Shown one piece after another: positions 1 to 9,631 of a stretch of DNA of 48,636 nt. Both the position numbers and the translations under genes were made by a program. Below the pieces are notes generated by a model that had not been told where the DNA came from, ran no database searches, and saw only the letters and a list, made by a program, of their open reading frames with translations. Positions within the stretch are counted from its first letter, which is position 1, and the number at the start of each line of letters is the position of its first letter. The stretch is from the NCBI GenBank assembly GCA_001179505.1, contig CDMY01000576.1:1-48636 (forward strand), given 5' to 3'. This stretch comes from Vitrella brassicaformis CCMP3155 (taxonomy: Eukaryota; Protista; Chromerida).

Positions 1-384
1 TGCATCACTGATGTTGACGCACCGTCTTATGCTTCCAAGAACCGATCGATCAAGTCCATCCTGAAGCAGCACGAGACCACCAAGAAGAAGAAATATCACT
101 CGGCCGTCTGCGACTCCCGCGTGACCTTCTGCCCTCTGATGGTGACGTGTGACGGTGTGTGGGGATACGATGCCAACGTGTTCATCGCCCACATGGCTCA
201 TGCGCTGTTGGAGAAGGAGGGGTGGAAGGGTCGGGGGTTCAGTCATGTGTCTGGATGGATTCGCTCTCACTTGTCTATCGCCCTCGCGCGTGCGACTAGC
301 TACTGTCTGCGTTGGGGAGGGAGGGGAGGCTTTGCGGGACTGGGGTGTGCTGATGGGGCGGGGATCGATCCCTCCTCCCCGTGA
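1..384 (+). mobile_element. 3' end of a non-LTR retrotransposon ORF with a C-terminal restriction-like endonuclease domain (CRE-like), truncated by the window edge
   Basis: Frame 1 is open from base 1 with no introns: CITDVDAPSYASKNRSIKSILKQHETTKKKKYHSAVCDSRVTFCPLMVTCDGVWGYDANVFIAHMAHALLEKEGWKGRGFSHVSGWIRSHLSIALARATSYCLR. This matches the D..A.SY...L...E..K..KY...F.P.+V..DG..G.+A....W...+S.V.GWIR..LS+A+.RATS.CLR pattern of CRE-type RLE C-termini. Stop at 384. Confidence 0.75.
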
Positions 385-757
385 GCGTTTGACTCTGCGT
401 GCTCATGGGACTGTATGTTTATGAGTATCACGGACACACAGACGAGTGTTACAGTTAATGCAAGTTTCCCAAATTAATTGAATCATTCAGTGTTGTAATC
501 CAAATGACCTCAGTTCATTCTTGTGTCTGGACCTCTTCTGCTGGTCTGCAGCAGTCGCCATTCGCACAAACCAGCACAAGGACGAAAAAGTGATGCGCAC
601 TCCATCGTCACCGCTCCTACGCATCTGACTAGCTTTAGGCAGTAGTGCATGACCCATCGCAGCTCGAATTCGATGAGTTCGATGAGTTCGATCATCGACA
701 GTCGATCCCGCTGTCCCCCAAATCCCTTTTCGGGGCCAGCTGGCCAGAAGGGCTCAA

Positions 758-3700
758 ATGGACGCGTTTTCGTCGTTTCCCCGCCCTTCGCGGCCAGGCG
801 ACGCCTCGAGTGGCTCCTCATGGCCACCCACATCTGCCAAACCCGTCCCCCTGGCGCTCAAACTGACTGAGCCGCTCTTCTTGCGGAAGGTGGAGTGCAC
901 GAGGACGGAGGTGTACCTGCCCTTCGCGCGGATATCGTATCGGCTGAACCCGACGCCAGAGGAGATCGTGGTGGACGCATCTGCCGACACATCATGCGTG
1001 AGTCAGGAGATGGATGGCAATGCCCCGTGGGAAGGGGAGATCTGTGTGGTTGTTGTGTGGTTAGGTTGCCCAGCTGCAGTTCTATGGCCGCCCGAAGCAG
1101 CCACACAACGATGGTGATGGCGCCAGCCCTCGCTCAGGTAACATCCATCCAGACAACCACGGATGCCTGGATGCTGTCTTTCTTGGCAGCTTCGTCTGGT
1201 GGCGTGGGTGGTGCTTCTAGCTCGTCTGATGAGTATTTGGTGGCATCGCTCGTCATCCCCATATTCGCCTTCTTCGACAGTGAGTTACAACACAACCAAC
1301 TGCACTGAGATGGATCTGTCTACCCTTTTCGTGTGGTGCAGCGTCCCTCTCGGACCAGCGTGTGTCGTTGATGGTGTGGGCAGCCCTCGACAGGCCCGAC
1401 AACTTCGACCACACACCAGTAGGGACGCACGGAAGACGCGCACAAGTGTCAGACGACATTTGGGTGTCTGCTCGTGTGTCAGGATCTGAATAGCAACGCC
1501 GAGAATGTCAAGAACTACTTCGAAGCACAAATCAGGCGGTAAGCATCCACCACAGGACCTGACTTGTCAGCTTTTCATATGTTCTTTCCTGCCTGTCATG
1601 GTGCAGTGGGAGTGCCGTTGGTCGGCCGAAAGTCGGTCTGCTGATGGAAATGCACTCTCAGTGGAGCCTGCTGGTACGAGAGCGGAAGGCGCGGCCCGCC
1701 ATGGAATGTCTGTTGATGTGTACTGTGGTGCTGTGCCATGGATGTGTCAGAGTGAGGGCGATGCGTCACACATTCGCTACAATCAGATCGCACACACCAA
1801 GATGTACCAGATATTCCAAGACGCTGTAAGAGAACCACTCACCCACTTACCCACACACACACATTTTGCCCCCATCCACATGTGGTGTGCAGGAAGAGCA
1901 GTTGCGCTTGGCGCAGCGTGACGTGCACGACGTCCATCGGCAGCTGGAGACGGCGCGCAAGGCTGCCAAAAACACAGAGAAGGCGGTAAGGCGGGCATGC
2001 AGGCTGACATGCGAACACGCACACATGCTGCTTTGTTCAGATAACCGAGGTAGCTGTTGAGAAGGAGCGGCAGATACAGACACTCAGGCAGGAGGTCAGC
2101 CAGAGAACATCAGCAGCACAAACATGCCACACACTCTCATGCATGTGTGTCCCATTTCCCCTCTTTGCAGCTGTCGTCGGCCCAGGACGAATTCGAGAAG
2201 TACAGAGCCATGAACTCACCAGACAAAGTAGACGAACTCAATAGGGTAGGTGCACCACACGCCACAAAAGCATGCAGACACTTGACACAGTCTCCTCTCT
2301 CCTTCCCAATGTCGTTCAGAGCATCGCCCGTCTGAACCTCAGCCGCAAGTCAGAGCAGCGCCGCATCCAGAACCTCCAAGCCGAGCTCGACAAGTACCAC
2401 AAGATGCACTCCGAGCACCCGCCCCCCACACCGACAGCAGACACGGCCACCGCCAGGCCATCCGGCGGCAGCAGCGCCCGTGACCGTGACAAGAGCACCG
2501 TCCGCGAGCGCGAGCGGAGCAGCTCGCCCTGCCCCATAGAGCGCACCAACTCCAAGCTGCGTATGGATTTGAATCGTAGCAGCTGCCGCATATTGGAGCT
2601 GGAGAAGCGTCTGCTGAAGGCTGTGGACGAGGTCAAGTGGGCGCGGCAGGAGGAGGCAGACAAGCAGAGGAAGAGCGTAGAGTCACTCAGGGGACAGGTG
2701 GGCCGGCGGGAGGGGCATGGGAGGGGGATGGATGAGAAGCACACCGTCTGTGTGTGTTGTTGGTTTTCGTGGTCAGCTGAAGGTGTCTGAGGGCGAGAAG
2801 AAGCTGCTCAGGTCGATGCTGCGCGAAAGAGAGCAGGTGGGGAGGGAGGGAGGGAAAGAGAGGGACACGCTGCAACGCATTGTGTCGTGTTCATCACTTC
2901 AGGAGAGCCGCGAGCTCGACCGACGGTTCGTGGCCATCTCTGGCGAGGTGGCACACGCGCAGGTGCGTCAAGCCACAACCCACCGACACATGCATGGGAG
3001 CTTCTCTTCAATGTCTCGCGTTGCCTGCTCTCCTATCTCTCTCTCTCTCTCTCGCAGGAGTGTTTCCGACAGCGTGAGCGTCAGCTGTTGGATGAGATCT
3101 TCCGTCTGCAGCACATCCTAAGCCATGGCGCACCGCCCCCAATACCAACTGAGCACCTGCAGCAGCAGCCTCCATCCAACATCCCCCAGCCGTCGTCACG
3201 TGAGCACCTTATGGGCGTCATCAACCACAGCAAGAAAGTACTCAAGCGACACGGGTGAGTTGCAAGCCCACTGCCACTCAGAGACAGAGCAAATAGAACT
3301 TTTAGCGCCTGTGTCTGTGTCACCAGGATGCCATCGCATTCATCGCTGACACGTCTGACACAGCCCCGTTCCTCCCGCCACCCCTTCTCGCCCGACGAGC
3401 CCATCCCAGTCGCACTGGGCGTCGCCAACACCGACACGCAGAACAGCAACCCACTCGACGACACTTTCGACCAGCGACAGCAGCAGCAGCAGCAGCAGGA
3501 TGAAGAGGATGATGGATACGACGATCACCCTCAGCAGTGGCGCGGGCCGCCAGTGCCCGGCCTGTTGGTGAGCGACCGCCACGATTGGGATGGGACGCAG
3601 GGAGGAGAGGAGATGGATGGGCGCGGGGGAGGGGGCGGGAGGGAGATAGAGGGGGCCGCAGAGGAGGGTCCTGTATGTGGTGATGATGGGAGTGGTGTGG

Positions 3701-5028
3701 ACATCGAGCTGCCGCGGGAAAAAGATGACCATCACAAAGACCACGAGGAAGAAGGTCAGGCAGAAGATGACCACATACATGGACTCCCCTGCAGTGGGGT
3801 CACATTCCTCCTTCTTTCCCTGCTCTTTGCAGTACCGGAGGCCCCTTCGGCGCCGCCTGTGCCCCAGACCGACAACGACCCGCTCCCCCCATCTGCCGAC
3901 GAGGCAGCTCCCGTCACGCCATTCTCAGCGGCCGACCAGTCCTCGCCCCCTCACTCATGCATCATCGTCAACAACGACGCATCATCCAGTGCGCCGGTCA
4001 CACAGCCGCTGCCATCGTCGCAGCATGACAGGGAGGACTGCGAGGAGAAGGTCGAGCTCACGTCGGAGGACGACCTGCTCTCCCGTCGGCCGACCACCCA
4101 GATGGACGAAGTCATGTCCGCGGCTGGTGGACAGAGGCAGCCGCGGCAGGAGGAAAGGGGCGACAGTAGTGGTGGCGGTGGTGGTGGCGGGGACATGGCG
4201 GGCAGCAGGGGGGCGAGCATGGCGCTCATCCACGACGGCAACGGGCAGTGGCAGGTGGCCCCGTCCTTTCTGGCCCAGCCGTCCTTCCCCCCGACCAACC
4301 TGAGCAAACTCAAGGCGAGCCTGTCACCCAGGGGCACACACGCATCATCAAGGGGCAAGAAAGACAAGGACCGCGGCCTGGCTGCTGCATACTCGCCCCG
4401 TAGCTGGCGTGAGAGCAGTGGGTCGCCGAGAAGGGGCGGGATGGCTGGGGGGAGGGGCGGCTTCATGCGCGGCGGCAGCAAACACAAGGAGACCGTCCTG
4501 TATTCCAAGAGCGCCGCGGCCAAGGGGGTGCTCACCCAGCCGAAGGAGAACCCCTTCATGTGAGCAACGCCCAACGCATACATCCGCCACATGTCTCTAT
4601 CCATGTGTTCATTCTGGCTGTGTCGTTGCCGTGTCAGGATCAGTGACGACGACGGAAAGAGGCCCAAGAGGAGCCCCTCATCCCCTAACTTCCCCGGCAG
4701 CTCCCACGAAGACACTGTCATGCCCTCACCAGCAGCACGGCAGCAGATACCAGGCCACACCAGCCACCAGCAGCACCACCAGAAGCAGCAGCAAAACGTC
4801 CAGGTCATCCCTCCCTCCATCCCCTCCCACTTGGCCCACCCTGTGTGGCCGCCGCCCCACACGCATTACCCTCACGCGTATGCCTACGTGCAGCAGCCGC
4901 CCCTCTACCCGCCCCCGCCCCCCACTCGGCAGCGATCGAGTCCGCAGCTCGGTCTGCGGGAGATGGACGGCGACAGTCCGTGGGCTGCGGTGCATGGCGA
5001 GGCGCTGCCGAAGGCACAGAGGAACTGA
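758..5028 (+). CDS. Multi-exon hypothetical protein: beta-rich N-terminus, central coiled coil, acidic/Pro/Gln low-complexity C-terminus
   Basis: Starts MDAFSSFPRP. Exons joined at GT/AG include LQFYGRPK, EYLVASLVIPIF, EEQLRLAQRDVHDVHRQLETARK, SIARLNLSRKSEQRRIQNLQAELDKY and ILELEKRLLKAVDEVKW (heptad-like). Long exons at 3328-4563 and 4639-5028 end at TGA 5028. Not every junction was verified. Confidence 0.65.
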
Positions 5029-5413
5029 GCAGGGAGTAGGTAGAGATGGATTGAAATGTGTATAATAGAAGGGGAGTGGCTACGTAGTTCTGCCTGAGCG
5101 AGGGTGCTGGGGGTAGCTTGGCGGACACTGACTGCTGAAGGACAACATCGATGCTTTGTGAAGACACGATATGCGAAGATCTCACGCAAAGTTTCATGAC
5201 GATTGCTGCCCAGGTAATATATACACACATTCATAGATGCATCGTTCGAGCAGCTGACCGACCAGTCAGTCCACCACGCTTCATCCATTGTGTCCCCAGC
5301 ACCGTGCACTGCACACACGCACATGCACGAAACAAAGGCTACCCTCTCTATCTATCTAGCTGACTAGGCTTTGCTCCGCCATCATGCGATTGGCCCAGCC
5401 TACTGCCGGCCGC

Positions 5414-6169
5414 TCACGCCTTGACGCACGACTCGCAGCAGTCACCAGGCCTGACAGATCAAAACAGGAAGGACCACACACACTCGTCGCTCTATATGGT
5501 GGTGGGATTGGATTCCTCTCTGCAGACCAGATCCCTTACGAGAACTTGGTCTTGAGTCCATTCTCCTCGACGCACCACGGCATTGCGAAGCACCGCACGT
5601 TGATGCAGTTCTCGTGCGCTGCAGAACACACACACATCGCCGTACGCCCCGCCATCTTTCAGTGTGTTCTGCTCTCTCTCCCGTGTCACCTTGTGCGTGC
5701 GGCTCGACGAGGAATGGGCTGTCATACGAGTTGTCCATCTCGAAGGGTCCTTTGCACACCGGGCAGCACTGCTCAGGAGTGCGCTTCAGCTCCAGCGGTG
5801 CGAGGCACTTGATGTCGGCACACTCCACCCTCGCACAACCGGGGGGAGGCGGGGGAGGCACTACTCACAGAGAGTACAAACAGATGCAGCCAGCCATGTG
5901 GATCTGTGAGAGATCTCGGTGAGATCTGTGTTCAGAAGAAGCGGCGAGCGGTGCGCACCTTTCCATGGTTCCTCAGATCCCTCGACGGTGCCGTCGTTCC
6001 AACGGGTGTCCCGCTTCAAACGAAGGGCACAGCACACCTGCATGCCATGGACTCACCCACACACAGGGATCCATTGATGAGATCTGCAGGGCTGTCTGGG
6101 TGTGTGGAATGTTGCGGGTTATCTTACGGTGGCGAGGAAGGTCAACGAGATGGCGGCCTTGACGAACAT
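5414..6169 (-). CDS. Small secreted cysteine-rich protein (~135 aa, 5 exons) with two C-x4-C-x4/5-C-x12/14-CC-x2-C modules
   Basis: Phase-consistent splicing gives MFVKAAISLTFLAT|VCCALRLKRDTRWNDGTVEGSEEPWK|VPPPPPPGCARVECADIKCLAPLELKRTPEQCCPVC...PHAQ|AHENCINVRCFAMPWCVEENGLKTKFS|PGDCCESCVKA*. The N-terminus is a hydrophobic signal peptide. ATG at 6169, TGA at 5416-5414. Confidence 0.8.
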
Positions 6170-6303
6170 CGGGAAGACCTTTCAACCCTGCGGGATGTTT
6201 GGCTTTTGCTCCTCAAGGAGACCGGCCAATTTACCTGCTTCGGCATGTAAATTACTTGGCCGAGCACAAGCCCTGCGTGTGAGCTTTGACGTTGACGATC
6301 GGT

Positions 6304-7485
6304 ATGGAGGATCAGAAGTGCTTCATCTGCTGGGGCGGCTCGGCGGAGGGCATACTGGAAAAGCCGTGCAAGTGCCGCATCGCACATCGGGAATGCCTTG
6401 AGAAGTGGCGTACCATTAGTAAGCCAGCGAGTGAGAATGGATGGATGGATGCATCATGGAACCGTGGCTTCATTCGTGTGTTCTCTCTCTCAGGCCAAGA
6501 TCCGACCCGCTGTGAGATCTGCAGGAGGTACATGAGCGGCGCGTCGGACAGCATCACAGCCATCCATCCATCCATCTGCACCGAACGACCGACTTCATTC
6601 TCTGTGTTCATTGCGTGTCCGCACTGCAGCGTGTACCCGACGGTCGCCCCGCTGGCCGCGACGCTCCCGTCGCTGCGGGACCTGTGGGACTTCGTCTTCT
6701 TCCGCCTCATGGTTCCCATCTACTGCGCGACCATGCTGCTGACATACGCGAAGGGCTTCATGGACGGCGAGCGGATGGCCACCGGCCACCCCGTCTGCGT
6801 CGACCCGGTCTGGATGTGCAGCTTCTGGATGCAGCACCCTGACCCGTACTTCCGCTCGGGCGGGGCGAAGGTCTGCCTTGGCTTCCCTTACGACGCCTTC
6901 CGGGCAGCATACGGCGAATACGGTGCAGCATACGGCGAATACGGCCTCAAGTTCATCGACGCAACGAAACATGCGCTGAGTCGCTTTTTGATGGCGCAGG
7001 CCTTGCCAGTATGTGCGGGGACACCATGCAGTCGACCGACCACAGATGAACAGCACACCAATCATATCGCCTGTGTATTTCCTCTCTTGCCCCTCTCTCT
7101 CTTTGCAGGAGCTTGTCGTCCTCTTCGCGTCGCCGTTTTTGTTCAAGCCCCCCGCCGACGTCGCCCCCCAGCTGCCCAATCCCATCTACGGCATCATGAC
7201 TATCCGCAAGCTGCTTCACACCATTCCACCCGTCTTTGGCTGGCGATTCATTGTCTGGCTCGCCTTCAATGGCTACTATGCTGGGATCAGTCTGCAGATG
7301 GCAGCCGACTTCCCAAGTCAGTGTGTGCACCGAACACCCGCCTCACCTCAGCAGTGGATGTGCAATCAATGGCGTGTGTGCGTGTGTGTGACCGAAGCGG
7401 TGCCAGCCATTCCTCGGTCACCATTCCAGCTGTTTATGACAGAGGCGCTCGATGGCTTTTAGCGATAGACGACAGACAGAGCTAG
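6304..7485 (+). CDS. RING-CH (RINGv/MARCH-type) zinc-finger membrane protein, putative E3 ubiquitin ligase; 3' end uncertain (7462 or 7485)
   Basis: Spliced N-terminus MEDQKCFICWGGSAEGILEKPCKCRIAHRECLEKWRTISKPAS|QDPTRCEIC is a C4HC3 finger with the typical CL..W. Hydrophobic segments follow (LWDFVFFRLMVPIYCATMLLTY; FGWRFIVWLAFNGYYAGISL). Confidence 0.75.
   Translation: MEDQKCFICWGGSAEGILEKPCKCRIAHRECLEKWRTISKPASENGWMDASWNRGFIRVFSLSGQDPTRCEICRRYMSGASDSITAIHPSICTERPTSFSVFIACPHCSVYPTVAPLAATLPSLRDLWDFVFFRLMVPIYCATMLLTYAKGFMDGERMATGHPVCVDPVWMCSFWMQHPDPYFRSGGAKVCLGFPYDAFRAAYGEYGAAYGEYGLKFIDATKHALSRFLMAQALPVCAGTPCSRPTTDEQHTNHIACVFPLLPLSLFAGACRPLRVAVFVQAPRRRRPPAAQSHLRHHDYPQAASHHSTRLWLAIHCLARLQWLLCWDQSADGSRLPKSVCAPNTRLTSAVDVQSMACVRVCDRSGASHSSVTIPAVYDRGARWLLAIDDRQS
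6904..6945 (+). repeat. 21-bp in-frame tandem duplication (AAYGEYG x2)
   Basis: gcagcatacggcgaatacggt followed directly by gcagcatacggcgaatacggc. Confidence 0.95.
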
Positions 7486-8063
7486 ATAGGAGGAGCGATG
7501 CCTGGCTGTCTGACTGTCTGTCTGTCTTGTGTGCTGTATTTGTGTGTTATGTCTTGTGTGTCGTGTGTGGTCTGACTGACATGCCCTCACTACGTCTAAG
7601 ACAAGTACATACCGCGCACCCACCCAGACAGACGGCCGCAGCTCCATCCATGGGCGACCCCATCGATGTATGCCCTCACACGATTGAATTCAACAGCACC
7701 GGCCGATATATGTCATTCATTGAAACGCGTCCTCACGCACCGCACCGCACCACAGCACACATGGCCATATCGGTAGACAAAGACACACACACACACTCAC
7801 AGGCCCACCAGTTCGTCCAATCAATGGGGGGATGCACACAACACGCACCACGCACTCATTAAGGCAGGCATTACGTCATAGGTGGAGAGATGGATGGATA
7901 AAGGGCACACACACACCACAGCACGGTCCACGCACACAAACCAATCATTATATAGTAGTGCACGCACCGCGCCCACAAAGGGGCCTGCCTCTCATTTTTC
8001 CCCGCTGGCTGACGAAACGAATTATACCTCGCCCGATCATCTTCTCGTCGGCGAGGCGCATCG

Positions 8064-8363
8064 NNNNNNNNNNNNNNNNNNNNNNNNNNNNNNNNNNNNN
8101 NNNNNNNNNNNNNNNNNNNNNNNNNNNNNNNNNNNNNNNNNNNNNNNNNNNNNNNNNNNNNNNNNNNNNNNNNNNNNNNNNNNNNNNNNNNNNNNNNNNN
8201 NNNNNNNNNNNNNNNNNNNNNNNNNNNNNNNNNNNNNNNNNNNNNNNNNNNNNNNNNNNNNNNNNNNNNNNNNNNNNNNNNNNNNNNNNNNNNNNNNNNN
8301 NNNNNNNNNNNNNNNNNNNNNNNNNNNNNNNNNNNNNNNNNNNNNNNNNNNNNNNNNNNNNNN
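8064..8363. other. Assembly gap (300 N)
   Basis: Run of exactly 300 N. Confidence 1.
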
Positions 8364-8452
8364 TGCATCCCTGGTCGTCTCTCTTTGGTTCAGATCTCTT
8401 CCTGGCCAAATCTACCTAAGATTGCAGATCATTGCTGTGTGTCTGTGTACAG

Positions 8453-9075
8453 GAGATTCCCCAGCCGTTCGTGGTGATGTCTCTGGCGCTGACGGTGACC
8501 GTGGCGTGGTGCAACAATGCCTTCTGGGCGAGCATGGCCGTCTGCGGAATGGCCTGGCTCGCTGCGTGAGGAGTCAACACAAGAGAGAGACACCAAAGAT
8601 GGATGGATGTGTGTGTGTCCCTACGTCAGCATGAGTCTGTTGCTGAGCATGAGCATTGGGCCGGCGTCACTCCTCTTCGCTCTCGCGGACGGCACACTCC
8701 GTCAGCTGAATGAGACACTCACAATTTATCCAAGTGTGATGTGTTTCTGTGCGTCAATCAGATGGCGTGCTGATGGTCTGTTTGGAGGCGCTGAGCATCC
8801 TGACGTCTCTGCTGCTCATTCTGCTGTGCGCCTGCATCAACAGCAACTTCAGCCAGATCGGATTGGCGGAGCGCGTCATGTGCGGTGAGCAGCAAGGCGG
8901 GGACACATCGATTCGATGGCCGCATGTGTGTGTGTGTCTGTTTGTGTGTGCAGCGTTCACCCCGCGGGACTTTTGGTATCCATCGATCGTCGACACCGCG
9001 GCCTCCGACTCCACGGCTGACTCAGACGGAGCCAACGGCAGCCGACAACCGGTCAGACAGGCAGAGAGAGAGTGA
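8453..9075 (+). CDS. Partial multi-pass membrane protein (3' exons; the 5' part is probably in or before the gap)
   Basis: Phase-consistent exons EIPQPFVVMSLALTVTVAWCNNAFWASMAVCGMAWLAA|MSLLLSMSIGPASLLFALADGTLH|GVLMVCLEALSILTSLLLILLCACINSNFSQIGLAERVMC|AFTPRDFWYPSIV...QAERE*. No family recognised. Confidence 0.55.
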
Positions 9076-9631
9076 ATGAATGCGTGTGTGAGAATTCTCC
9101 TGTGGATGAGTGAGAGTCCATTTATTTCAGGCACCTTTCAGTGGGCCTGCCAGACGACTTGGCGACGAGAGCGACAAACACTTCCCACCTGGACGCGTCT
9201 GAGCTGATTCGAACCACCAGAGAGCGCGGTGAAGAGCAAACACACAGAGAGACCAGCAGCAGGCACCACACACTGACCAACTGACACACTGACGAACTGA
9301 CAGATGCGTGAATCGATTCAACGTGACCATCAGATGAACGTATCCGTAAAATATATGATCGTCAAGACAAACATGTCTGTCGACTGTGTGATGTTTGCGG
9401 CCAGACCAGTCGGCAAGTAATCACTCCTCCGCACATGTCGATGTGCGGAATGATGAGTGACCACCCGCCGCACCGCCCGGCGGCGCGCATCTCACAGCCT
9501 CATTAGACGACCATACTGTCAACCAACCAACGAATCGACACACACCACGCCACGCTCTCATCGTCGATGTGTCTGGCTACACACACACTGGCTCGCTCGA
9601 GCAGACACACGAGAAACACACGATCCTATTA

